A stretch of DNA of 62,383 nt, the filler included, from Deltaproteobacteria bacterium (GTDB taxonomy: Bacteria > JAUYMQ01): assembly GCA_030698575.1 (NCBI GenBank). It is 10 parts of 10 records of this genome, joined end to end, with 100 filler letters (N's around TTAATTAATTAA, not from the genome) between each part and the next. Parts side by side here need not be neighbours in the genome. Positions count along the whole stretch, not along the records: positions 16,021 to 23,925 come from JAUYMQ010000084.1; positions 24,026 to 30,360 come from JAUYMQ010000085.1; positions 30,461 to 36,786 come from JAUYMQ010000098.1; 7 more parts are not named here. One strand, 5' to 3'. Under the pieces are notes generated by a model that was given only the letters and a program-made list of their open reading frames with translations, did no database searches and was not told the DNA's origin. The stretch's first letter is position 1, and every line of letters starts with the position of its first letter. Both the position numbers and the translations under genes were made by a program. Of the stretch, positions 23,099 through 32,280 are shown in pieces.

Positions 23099-23539
23099 TC
23101 ACTTCCTGGTGAGGATCAAGTGCTCCAGGTTCATATCGCCCAGGACCACCGGAAACGTCTTGAAGGCGGATCTCACCACCGGCAGGAGCTTCAGCATCGC
23201 GACGATGTTTCCGCCCTGCTTGACCTTGCCCGTCGCCACGGACGTGATCGGATTTTCGTGACCATGCCAGAATCGGTGGGAGTGATCGGCCGACTGCCTG
23301 GACCAGACGTCGGGCTTCAGATCGCACTCACCGAGGTAGAAGGCGCCGTGATAGCCGGGCTTGGAAGGGGGATTCTTGAGATCGATGGTGATCTCGGAAT
23401 CGGGGTCCGTGTAGATGAACTTGATGATGAGATTGGCCCGGGACATCTTGGGGCCAATCTTGTCGTCCTGCAAAATACGGCTCAGGAAAGCATCGTAAAT
23501 GCGGTAAAGCTGGTCCGCGTCCCGGTAGTACTCGCCCAT
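23099..23539 (-). CDS. SCP2 (sterol-carrier-protein-2)-like lipid-binding protein
   Basis: 146 aa with the pattern PDV...SAD..HRFWHG.ENP..SVATGKVKQGGNI..MLKL. Start at ATG 23539. Confidence 0.7.
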   Translation of the reverse strand: MGEYYRDADQLYRIYDAFLSRILQDDKIGPKMSRANLIIKFIYTDPDSEITIDLKNPPSKPGYHGAFYLGECDLKPDVWSRQSADHSHRFWHGHENPITSVATGKVKQGGNIVAMLKLLPVVRSAFKTFPVVLGDMNLEHLILTRK

Positions 23540-23750
23540 TTTGAATCCGTTCTGCCGAACAAACCGCGTATGAACATCATTGACGATCTCCGCCATGCGT
23601 GCCACCCGAAAATCGCGATGTTGGGAGAGGGAGCCGTGCATGCCGAGCGGCGCGGACTTGCCGTGGAACTTTACCCGACTGGATGACTCTGGTTTTATGA
23701 CCCGGCTCGGGCCGTGATCCCTCTCGAAGCGCGTCCGTCATCGCGCAGGT

Positions 23751-23925
23751 CTAGGGGCGGTCCTGATCGGCGTCACCCTTGGTGACGAACCAGTTTGCGC
23801 CGTCGGTGAAGAAGGCGGGATCGAGATCGGGGCGGTTCGGGCGGACGAAGAAGGTCATGGGCGAGTCGCGGACCACGAAGCCGAATTTCCGGAGATGCTC
23901 TTCCGCCGTGGGATTCAGCACCACG
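23751..23925 (-). CDS. C-terminal fragment, possibly GNAT-family protein
   Basis: My translation VVLNPTAEEHLRKFGF...NWFVTKGDADQDRP*; codon usage is gene-like. Confidence 0.45.
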
Positions 23926-24025
23926 NNNNNNNNNNNNNNNNNNNNNNNNNNNNNNNNNNNNNNNNNNNNTTAATTAATTAANNNNNNNNNNNNNNNNNNN
24001 NNNNNNNNNNNNNNNNNNNNNNNNN

Positions 24026-24460
24026 GGCGGAGAGAAGCAGGATCCGAGCTATAAGGAAGTCTCCGCGGGGGGCACGGGCCACGCGGAGGCCGTGCAGGTT
24101 GTCTACGATCCCGCCCGGATCACCTACGAGAAGCTCCTCGATGTCTTCTGGCACAACATCGATCCCGTGGCCGTGGACCGGCAGTTTTGCGACGCGGGGA
24201 CGCAGTACCGCAGCGCTGTCTTCTACCATGACGAGACGCAGCAGCGACTGGCGGAGGTATCGAAGAAGGGGCTGGAAGCGTCGGGGCGGTTTGATCAGCC
24301 GATCGTAACGGAGATCGTGAAAGCCTCGACGTTCTATCCTGCCGAGGACTAACACCAGGACTACTACAAGAAGAATCCCGCCCGCTACAAGCTCTACCGC
24401 TACGGCTGCGGACGCGACCAGCGGCTGGAGGAGATCTGGGGCCAGGACGCGGGGCACTAG
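24026..24460 (+). pseudogene. msrA: Peptide-methionine (S)-S-oxide reductase MsrA, 5' truncated, with internal TAA
   Basis: GTGHAEAV, QFCDAGTQYRS, FYPAED*HQDYY: TAA at 24350-24352 replaces Tyr; the frame continues to TAG at 24460. Confidence 0.85.
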
Positions 24461-24502
24461 CAGGAACTATCTATCTCCCAATCCCGACTGTAACAACTGC
24501 TT

Positions 24503-25135
24503 TCAAGGCGCGGGCCTGCGCCAGACGGTTGCCAGCCAGGGTTGTCGCTCGCGCGGCAGGCCGGTGGGACGGTAGTAGTGGGCCACCTCCTCGAAACCCG
24601 CGGCCGACACGTAGCGGCGCCACGTGTCAGGCGCATGATAGACGCCATAGCGCCCGCCGTTCCACCCTTCCTGGTCGCGCCCGTGCGGGTTCGAGCTGAA
24701 TAGCACCCCGCCCGGTTTCAGGGTCGCGCGCAACTCGAGCAACACCCGCGGCAGCTCCTGGCTGGGCACGTGAAACAGCGCGGCGTTGGCGAACACGCCG
24801 TCGAAATGCTCCTCCGGCAGATCGAGCTCGATAAAATCCTGTTGCCACACTTCACAGCCACTATTGTCTCGCGCCATGAGCGCCATATTTGAGGCACCTT
24901 CCAGACCTACTGCGAGGTGACCGAGTTCGGCAAATACCTTGAGGTCACGACCGGGCCCACAGCCAAAATCGAGTATTGCAAACGGTGATCCACCCTCGAT
25001 GTATCGTAATAGTGAATCGATGTTCTGGCTGACGTCGTGATTGCGCGTCCCCTCCCAGAAGTCCTCCGCGACCTCGTTGTAGGATTCCAGCGTCAGGCGG
25101 GAAAGGCTCTTCGGGTCTTGTGGCTCGATTTGCAT
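24503..25135 (-). CDS. Class I SAM-dependent methyltransferase
   Basis: ILDFGCGPGRD, FDGVFANAALFH, LKPGG. Confidence 0.9.
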   Translation of the reverse strand: MQIEPQDPKSLSRLTLESYNEVAEDFWEGTRNHDVSQNIDSLLRYIEGGSPFAILDFGCGPGRDLKVFAELGHLAVGLEGASNMALMARDNSGCEVWQQDFIELDLPEEHFDGVFANAALFHVPSQELPRVLLELRATLKPGGVLFSSNPHGRDQEGWNGGRYGVYHAPDTWRRYVSAAGFEEVAHYYRPTGLPRERQPWLATVWRRPAP

Positions 25136-25709
25136 TGGCTGTCCCTACCACAAATCCCGTCAGGCTTGCCCGCTCATCACCGGCCCGTCGATGACGTCGA
25201 GGAGGAAGCGGCCTGACCTTCCATCCGGGCGAGCAGATCCGAATAGTAGGTCCTGGCGCGCTGCAATCGTTCATGGACACCCATTCCGACGGCGTCCTCG
25301 GGCGAATTCACGAACTCCAGCCCAACCTGATCGATGATCCGGAGCTGCTTCCGGGCGATGGCCGGTCCCCGTTCAGTGCTCCACGTGGGTCGGAGCCCGT
25401 GGCCACGCCGGTTTCGGAGGTGAAAAGTTTGCGTCAGGAAACAATGCGCGAGGGAACGGATGCAATTCTTGCGATACTTGCCACCCGATGTGTGCGGGCG
25501 TGGGGCTTGCTGCGGCCGGCGAGGGGTTCGCCTAGTCGAGCGCCAGGCGCTGGAACGCGGCTTTTCCGGTCCGCGGACGGCCGGCGCTCCTGCGCATGAA
25601 GCAGGGCACGAGACTTGCATCGGCATCTTGGGATCGTTGCAACCGACGCCGGCGGCCCCTACGCTGCTTCGAGATCGCGGGAGCTACCTTCGAAGAGGAG
25701 GCAGGGGCA

Positions 25710-26204
25710 ATGAAAACGAGAACCGAGCAGTTGATTACAGAGGGCCTGATCAGCGGCGCGATCGGCTACGCGGCTGTCGTGCTCTTTTTTCTCATCTTGA
25801 ACCTTTTCGCGGGGAGGTCGCCCTTCTTCACTGCGGCGCTTCTCGGACAAGCATTTTTCTATGGCTTGAACGACCCGGCCGATGTCGTCGTCTGGGCCGG
25901 ACCGGTGATTGCCTACAACGGCCTCCATCTGATCATCTTCCTCGCGCTCGGCGTGCTCGCCGCCTGGCTCGCCGCACTTGCGGAGCGGGGGCCCGAGTTC
26001 TGGTACATCTCCATCCTCGTTTTCCTCTTCATCATCTTTCACGTCTACGGCGCCCTGCTGCTTCTCACAGAGCCCTTCCGAAGCGTCTTCCCGGTCTGGC
26101 AGTCGTTCGCGGCCGGCACCCTGGCCTCCGTGGGGATGGGTTCGTTTCTGGTCTGGGCTCGTCCAGAGCTGAGGCGCGAGCTCCAGGAGTACCGGGAAGA
26201 GTAG
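25710..26204 (+). CDS. Hypothetical membrane protein (about 4 TM)
   Basis: Hydrophobic segments; GAGGAGG RBS before ATG 25710. Confidence 0.75.
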   Translation: MKTRTEQLITEGLISGAIGYAAVVLFFLILNLFAGRSPFFTAALLGQAFFYGLNDPADVVVWAGPVIAYNGLHLIIFLALGVLAAWLAALAERGPEFWYISILVFLFIIFHVYGALLLLTEPFRSVFPVWQSFAAGTLASVGMGSFLVWARPELRRELQEYREE

Positions 26205-26229
26205 CAGCGGGCTTGGGCTGCGTTACAGG

Positions 26230-27864
26230 TCAATCATTGCTGGATCGACCCCCTGTCTCGGACCAATCGCCCTCGCGGGCCGGCTTGACGTAACTCATGG
26301 CGTGCTCGGTCAGGGCCGTGATCGAGAGACTCGGGTTAACGCCGAGGTTTGCGCCGATCATACTTCCGTCGCAGACGTACATGTTCTTGTAGTTGAAGAC
26401 GCGGTTCCGCGCGTCGATCACCCCTTCCCGCGCGCTGGCGCCCATGGCCGCGCCGCCGAGAATGTGGGCGGTCGTCGGCACGTTGAAGAGGATCTCGGTG
26501 ACGGCTGTCGTCGGCATGCCGTTTATCTGGTCGGCCATCTTCTCGGCGAAGCGGTTGGCCTGGGGGATGTAAGTCGCGATTCCCTTCCCGCCGATCTCGG
26601 TCTGGAGCTTCTTCCGGAACGGGGGGAAGATCGAGCGGGTGAGCCGCAGCCGGATGTGGGTGTCGAGCGTCTGCATCACCAGCAGGATGAGGCTCGAGCG
26701 TGCCCATCCCCGCGGGTTCAGGGCGCCAAGGGACCTTAGGGGGTGCCGCAGAATCAGCCCCAGCCAGGCGAGAATCCGGCCTATGCCGGGCTTGCCGTGC
26801 GTCATGATCGTCGCGCTGAGCGCCATCGCGTCGGAGCCCTTGGGATAGCGTACCGCCTCGATGTGGGTGTGCTCGTCGAGGTAGAAACCCGATCCAATCG
26901 CGATGCCGTCGGACATGTCGAGCTTCTCGTCGCGCGTCCTGACACCGATAATCGATTCCGAGTTGGTCCGGACGAAGTTTCCGACCTGGTCGCTCAGGTT
27001 CGGCAGCGATCCCTTTTCGCGCGCATCCAGGAGGAGCTTGACCGTCCCCAGAACGCCTCCGGCGAAGATTACACCTTGCGCGCGGAAAACCTTTCGCTCC
27101 TTCGACCGGCGCGTCGAGCTGACAGTGTGCACCTCGTACCCCCGGCTGCCGTCGGCCGTGCCGTCCAGCGGCTTCACGTCGACGACGAGGGTTTCCGGAA
27201 CGACCTGAGCGCCGTTCTTCTCGGCGAAGTACAGATAGTTCTTATCCAAGGTGTTCTTCGCGTTGTAGCGGCATCCCACCATGCAACCGCCGCAGAAGTT
27301 ACAGCCCGCGCGATCAGGCCCCTCGCCGCCGAAATAGGGATCGGGCACCGTCTCTCCGCTCTTCCCGAAGAAGACGCCCACCTCCGTCGGATAGAAGGTC
27401 TCGTCGCGTCCCTGCTCCTTGGCGGCAGCCTGAAGAAGCTTGTCGGCGGTGCCGAGATAGGGGTTCGTGGTGACGCCGAGCATTTTCCGGGCCGTCTCGT
27501 AGAAGGCGGGCATGACCCCCTTCCAGTCGTTCAGATGGCGCCACTTGGAATCGGTCCAGACCTTGTCGGGCGGGACGAGCAGTGTGTTGGCGTAGACCAG
27601 CGAGCCGCCGCCCACTCCCACGCCGCTCAGCACCCATATGTGCCGGAAGAGCGTCATGCGGAAAAACCCGTGGTTCCCGAGCGAGGGACCCCAGAAGTAT
27701 TTCTTGCTCTCCCAGTTCGTTTCGGGGAAATCCTCCGTCCGGTAGCGCTTGCCCATCTCCAGCACGCCAACCCGGTAGCCTTTTTCGGTCAGCCGGTGGG
27801 CAGCCACGCTCCCCCCAAAGCCCGAGCCGATGACGATGAAATCGAAGTCGTGTGCCTTCTCCAT
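26230..27864 (-). CDS. GMC-family oxidoreductase, cholesterol oxidase ChoD-like
   Basis: IGSGFGG, GVGGGSLVYANT, CNFCGGCMVGC, AHILGG, GVNPSL; start ATG 27864 after AAGGAGG. Confidence 0.88.
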   Translation of the reverse strand: MEKAHDFDFIVIGSGFGGSVAAHRLTEKGYRVGVLEMGKRYRTEDFPETNWESKKYFWGPSLGNHGFFRMTLFRHIWVLSGVGVGGGSLVYANTLLVPPDKVWTDSKWRHLNDWKGVMPAFYETARKMLGVTTNPYLGTADKLLQAAAKEQGRDETFYPTEVGVFFGKSGETVPDPYFGGEGPDRAGCNFCGGCMVGCRYNAKNTLDKNYLYFAEKNGAQVVPETLVVDVKPLDGTADGSRGYEVHTVSSTRRSKERKVFRAQGVIFAGGVLGTVKLLLDAREKGSLPNLSDQVGNFVRTNSESIIGVRTRDEKLDMSDGIAIGSGFYLDEHTHIEAVRYPKGSDAMALSATIMTHGKPGIGRILAWLGLILRHPLRSLGALNPRGWARSSLILLVMQTLDTHIRLRLTRSIFPPFRKKLQTEIGGKGIATYIPQANRFAEKMADQINGMPTTAVTEILFNVPTTAHILGGAAMGASAREGVIDARNRVFNYKNMYVCDGSMIGANLGVNPSLSITALTEHAMSYVKPAREGDWSETGGRSSND

Positions 27865-28270
27865 GGGCCCCTCCTTTCGGATCCGGCGCCTTTCCGGTCG
27901 GGAAACGGCTTCCCGCCGGCGCTTTCCATCGACCTGAAAGCTCGCCCTGAGCCTAACCCCGCGGCAGCCCGGGCGCACGAAAAATATCGCCCCGGCCCGC
28001 ACACGGTTTCAAGTTTCGCCCAAGCCGAAAGGCTGCATCCGGTTCGAATGGACCAGCGAAGGCCAGCGCCCGGTTGAGGATGTGTTACAAGTCGATTCAG
28101 GAAGCGCAGGCCAAATAATTCGCCATGCACAGGCCTGCCTGTTAGCTTTGATACAAACCGGGGCATTCTCCCGTGGGCCCCGTGGAGGCTCCCCCATCCT
28201 GAAGGAACACCAGGGTGAAGCGTGCCTTTCGCCGGTTTCTGCCGTGAGGAACTACCTGTAGGAGAATCGT

Positions 28271-29047
28271 ATGCTCAAACTCTACGACAATCCCTTCAGC
28301 CCCTTCGCCCGCAAGGTAAGACTGGTCCTGGCTTACAAGGGCCTCCCCTTCGAGCGAATCGACGCGCTGGCCCTCGATCGGCACGATGACTTGGTGCGCG
28401 CCAATCCGCGGGCCGAGGTGCCGGCGCTCGACGATGACGGATTCATCGTCGTGAACTCTTCTCACATCGTCGCTTACCTGGAAGACCGCACCCCTTCTCC
28501 CCCCGTTCTTCCTGGCGATCCGAAGCAGCGCGCCGCGGCCCGGTCCTGGGAAAGAATGGCCGATTCGCTGCTCGACGCCGTCATCCATGACATCTCGATC
28601 TGGGGCTGGCCCACGCATCACCGCGAGGATCGTCCTCCCGAGGGGCTTTACGAGGCGGGTCGAAGCGACCTGCTCGGGTTCATGGGGACCATGGAGTCGG
28701 CGCTGGGGGGGGAGGGCTTTTTCTGTGGCGAGCTTTCTGTGGCCGACTTCGCGATATTCCCCCATGTCACAGCGCTGAAACCGCTCGGCATTCTCTTCGA
28801 CGCTGCTGCGCATCCGAAGCTGGCCGCGTGGTTCCGGCGCATGCGATCGCTCGAGGTAGTTCAAGATGATCTGGAGTACGTGAAGGCGATGGCCCTGGAA
28901 AAGTTCGGCAGCGCCGCGATGCCCTACGAGTCGGAGAAGATCGTCTGGCGGGGAGACCGGATCGAGTGGCTGTTCGCCAGAGGGTTTCACGCGTGGTGGA
29001 TGGTGGAGCTGGAAGCGGGGCGCGCCATCGTGCCATCGTGGCTCTAG
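28271..29047 (+). CDS. Glutathione S-transferase family protein
   Basis: SPFARKV, NPRAEVPAL, SVADFA. Confidence 0.88.
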   Translation: MLKLYDNPFSPFARKVRLVLAYKGLPFERIDALALDRHDDLVRANPRAEVPALDDDGFIVVNSSHIVAYLEDRTPSPPVLPGDPKQRAAARSWERMADSLLDAVIHDISIWGWPTHHREDRPPEGLYEAGRSDLLGFMGTMESALGGEGFFCGELSVADFAIFPHVTALKPLGILFDAAAHPKLAAWFRRMRSLEVVQDDLEYVKAMALEKFGSAAMPYESEKIVWRGDRIEWLFARGFHAWWMVELEAGRAIVPSWL

Positions 29048-29335
29048 GGGGGATGCAACGCTCCGGGGTCGGTTCGCGAATTTGCATGTGCAAATTCAAA
29101 AACTGAGCTGTGCTTGGCGTATTGCCAATTAGGCGGCCATGGGGAGCTCGAATAGTCCCCGCCGAGTCCTTCGTAGCGGGGAAGCCTATGGTAGAACGGC
29201 CTCCGGGGTAACCTCGCCGAATCGCTGATTCTCAGCCACAAATTGGAATTCGCTACCCGCAGGTCATGGTGGTGGAAAACGATCTGGCAGCGAAACGTTC
29301 TTTTTTTCACTCCTTTTTGCGGCGATCGCCGGCCG

Positions 29336-30067
29336 CTAAGCATCGCCCCCGGCGATCAGGATCTTCTGCGTGAGTTCAACGGGCTTCGAGAAATAGGCGG
29401 AGTGGCTGGCCTCGATCGTTAGCACTTGCTTGCACGGCATGGCGGCATACATGCACTTTTGGAGCGGCCAGGAGACCGCCTTGTCCTGAGTGAGTTCGAT
29501 ATAGACGCGCGGGACACGCCCGAAATTCTCGGCGGTCGTTTCCATGGCGGTGTTCGTCGGCGCGCTGGGCTCCGGCATGAGCAGCCTGTTCGCGAGTTCC
29601 ACGTCTTCGTCGGAGCAGTCCGCATACAGTGCCTTCCGGAACACTTCGCGCCGGAGCATGTCCCAGCCCTCCTCGACATTTACGTCGAGGTTGGCCGGGA
29701 TCAGCGAGTCCCTGTCACTCAAGAAGAGCGGGATGATGGTGTCGTTGCTTGGGCACAGGTAGGCCGCGAGATAAACCAGCGTCCGGATCTTTTCAGGGCG
29801 GAGCTCTGCCGTCCGGGAAGCCACGATGCCCCCGCGGCTATGCGCAACAAAGACGACCGGCTCCGGCTCGGCATCAAGGATGCATGTTGTGAGGTCCATG
29901 TAAGCCTGCATCGTCACCTGACCCGGCAGGGTCCAATCACGCCCGTGGCCCGGCAGGTCGGGCACGATCACCCTGTGCCCCGCTGCTTCGAGCCGGGGCG
30001 TGATCTTGTACCAGCACCAAGCGGCGTGCCAGGAACCGTGAATCAATACGTAGGTACTCATTGTCAT
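29336..30067 (-). CDS. Alpha/beta-hydrolase (methylesterase/SABP2-like)
   Basis: IHGSWHAAWCW, DLPGHG, AHSRGG nucleophile, ASHS. Confidence 0.88.
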   Translation of the reverse strand: MTMSTYVLIHGSWHAAWCWYKITPRLEAAGHRVIVPDLPGHGRDWTLPGQVTMQAYMDLTTCILDAEPEPVVFVAHSRGGIVASRTAELRPEKIRTLVYLAAYLCPSNDTIIPLFLSDRDSLIPANLDVNVEEGWDMLRREVFRKALYADCSDEDVELANRLLMPEPSAPTNTAMETTAENFGRVPRVYIELTQDKAVSWPLQKCMYAAMPCKQVLTIEASHSAYFSKPVELTQKILIAGGDA

Positions 30068-30460
30068 CTCTCCCTTCATGTCTCCTTTAGGAGCGAGGTG
30101 CCTGTCCTGAAAGGGAACAACATGCCTGAGAGCATGAATGCGATCTATCCGATTGTTGCGATCACAATCGGAAGCAAGGATGGAACGCAAAAGCTGACGC
30201 CCAGGGTCAGGTGGCCGTCCACCTCAAGAATTTCTGTCCTTCCCGAAAGCTCGTACTCCACGGAATCCCTAGGGTTGCGGCCTTTTTATGAGGAAGCCGA
30301 GTTTGCTTTATTGACTCTTGAGGAGCGCCAATGCCGGGCGCTTTACCCTCCGACGAAATANNNNNNNNNNNNNNNNNNNNNNNNNNNNNNNNNNNNNNNN
30401 NNNNTTAATTAATTAANNNNNNNNNNNNNNNNNNNNNNNNNNNNNNNNNNNNNNNNNNNN

Positions 30461-30742
30461 GGTGGTGAGTTCACCGCCGGCTATTGCTGGGACGGCAAGG
30501 AGATCATGGGGACAACGGACGTGAAGACGACCGTCGCCACCGACGCAACGGGGCGGCGTCAGACCCGCGCCGAGATCTCCTTCGTCGATGAGCATCTGCG
30601 CCGCCACGAGATAACGGCGAAAGTCCTCGACGTGTGCGAGGTCGATCTGGGAAAGACCAACTGCAACGACGGCTTCGCCGAGTTTCACATGGGAGAGCGC
30701 ACGGGCTACGGGATCGTGGAGCTGGGCAGCCAGCACCCCTAG
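30461..30742 (+). CDS. C-terminal fragment of a beta-rich hypothetical protein (AttH/tocopherol-cyclase-like by pattern)
   Basis: ...AGYCWDG...GERTGYGIVE ending; 5' truncated. Confidence 0.5.
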   Translation, partial: GGEFTAGYCWDGKEIMGTTDVKTTVATDATGRRQTRAEISFVDEHLRRHEITAKVLDVCEVDLGKTNCNDGFAEFHMGERTGYGIVELGSQHP

Positions 30743-30753
30743 GGGAACTCCGG

Positions 30754-31254
30754 TCACCATACGATCTCGCCTACTTGCACCCATTCGCGATCCCGATTGA
30801 TCTGCCGGCCGACGTAGCCATGGGCCTCCCGGCGGCAGTGCGCGAGTGCGCTCCCGTCAGGGAGATCGGCGCCGACGATCCGTCCCAGAAGCGACGCGAG
30901 CATCGCCCGCCGCTCGCGGACGGAAGCCCGAAGTTCCTCTATCGCGTCGGGCGCCTCATTGCCCGGCGCGGTCGCCACGGCCGACTCGATCTCCCGCAGG
31001 ATATCCGCTAGGGGCCCCGTCGCCTCACCGGCGGCGCGCGCCGCCGCGATACGCTCGAGCACGCCCGAAAGATCGTCATGCTCCTCCTTCAGGAATCCTC
31101 CCACCCGATCCCAGCGCGCCATGCAGTGCTGAAGCAGGAAGAGCACTGACGTGAGGCGCTCGCGGCCGCGGTCACTCGCCAGATCGGGAAGGATCTCCTC
31201 CATCAGCGTGCGCTGGATGCCGCTCAGGATGTCGCTCACGTCCGGTCGCATCAT
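30754..31254 (-). CDS. Small helical hypothetical protein coupled to the phosphotransferase (LvaB-like position)
   Basis: 4-bp overlap with the upstream kinase; RPDVSDILSGI...EEILPDL. Confidence 0.65.
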   Translation of the reverse strand: MMRPDVSDILSGIQRTLMEEILPDLASDRGRERLTSVLFLLQHCMARWDRVGGFLKEEHDDLSGVLERIAAARAAGEATGPLADILREIESAVATAPGNEAPDAIEELRASVRERRAMLASLLGRIVGADLPDGSALAHCRREAHGYVGRQINRDREWVQVGEIVW

Positions 31255-32276
31255 TTATCTCCCTGGATGCCGATCTGCGCGGCGATGTCCTCGCACAGGC
31301 GGGGAATCATGAACCCGATTAGCGCCAGCACGGGCTCCGCGCCGTCGCCGTCGAGAAAGGCGCGCACCGCGCCCTGCGCAATCACGGCCATCTTCACGTT
31401 CCCGAGGACCTGGTAGAAGAACACGCGCGCCCGGTCGACGGGAACGGCAGCGCGGGCTTCGTAGAGGCGGTAGAACGCCTCTTCCTCCATCAATCCCCCC
31501 ACCAGCCCCCCGCCGCGCCAGAACTTCATGCTGGCCCATCCGACGTCCTCCATCGGATCGCCGAGATGGGTCAGCTCCCAGTCGAGCATCGCGGTGATGT
31601 TTCCCGCTTCGTCATGAAGGTAGTTGCCCGTGCGAAAGTCTCCGTGCACCAGCGTCACCCGATCGCTTTCGGGCGCGTTCTTCTCGAGCCAGCCGAAAGC
31701 GGCATCGATGATCGGCTCGGCTTCCGGCCGCCGGCGGTTGTAGACCTCCCGCCACCTCCCGATCTGGGCCATCGCGGCGCCCCTTCCCGGGCCGGGCGCT
31801 TCGAGAAAGTCCAGGCCGCGCTCCTTCCAGTCGAGGTTGTGAATTTCGGCGAGAATGTCCACGAAGTGAGCCGACAGACGCTCGCGGAACGCGGCGTCGA
31901 TGCCCGGCGCAAAGGCGGGCGGCGAGGCTTCGCCGGCCATCAACTCCATGATCAGCGACGGGCGCTCGAGCCACTTGCCCTCGGCGTCCAGCCAGTACAT
32001 GCGGGGGATCGGGATGGGAAGCCCCTCGAGGGCGCGAAGGGTGCGGAATTCAAAGGAGCGATCCGTGGTCAGGCCGGCCTCGAGGAGGCTGCTGCGCGGA
32101 TCCCGCCGCAGCACGCACGCCCGGTTTCGCTGCTCGCCGTTCTCGGTCCAGGCGGCCTCGAAGGACCAGGTCTCGCGCGAGGCGCCCCCCGACATTTGCA
32201 CGAGGTTCCGCACCTCAGGCTTCGCGCCGGGAATCTGCTGCGCCAGGAAGGCGCAAAGGCTCGCTTCGAGCGACAT
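31251..32276 (-). CDS. APH-family phosphotransferase (ACAD10/LvaA-like)
   Basis: GGASRETW, HGDFRTGN, LDWELTHLGDPMED. Confidence 0.9.
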   Translation of the reverse strand: MSLEASLCAFLAQQIPGAKPEVRNLVQMSGGASRETWSFEAAWTENGEQRNRACVLRRDPRSSLLEAGLTTDRSFEFRTLRALEGLPIPIPRMYWLDAEGKWLERPSLIMELMAGEASPPAFAPGIDAAFRERLSAHFVDILAEIHNLDWKERGLDFLEAPGPGRGAAMAQIGRWREVYNRRRPEAEPIIDAAFGWLEKNAPESDRVTLVHGDFRTGNYLHDEAGNITAMLDWELTHLGDPMEDVGWASMKFWRGGGLVGGLMEEEAFYRLYEARAAVPVDRARVFFYQVLGNVKMAVIAQGAVRAFLDGDGAEPVLALIGFMIPRLCEDIAAQIGIQGDK

Positions 32277-32280
32277 GGCC

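Noticed and set aside
25177-25400. Small minus-strand ORF upstream of the methyltransferase
   Set aside because: No clear start, RBS or motif; may be a gene remnant but unsupported.
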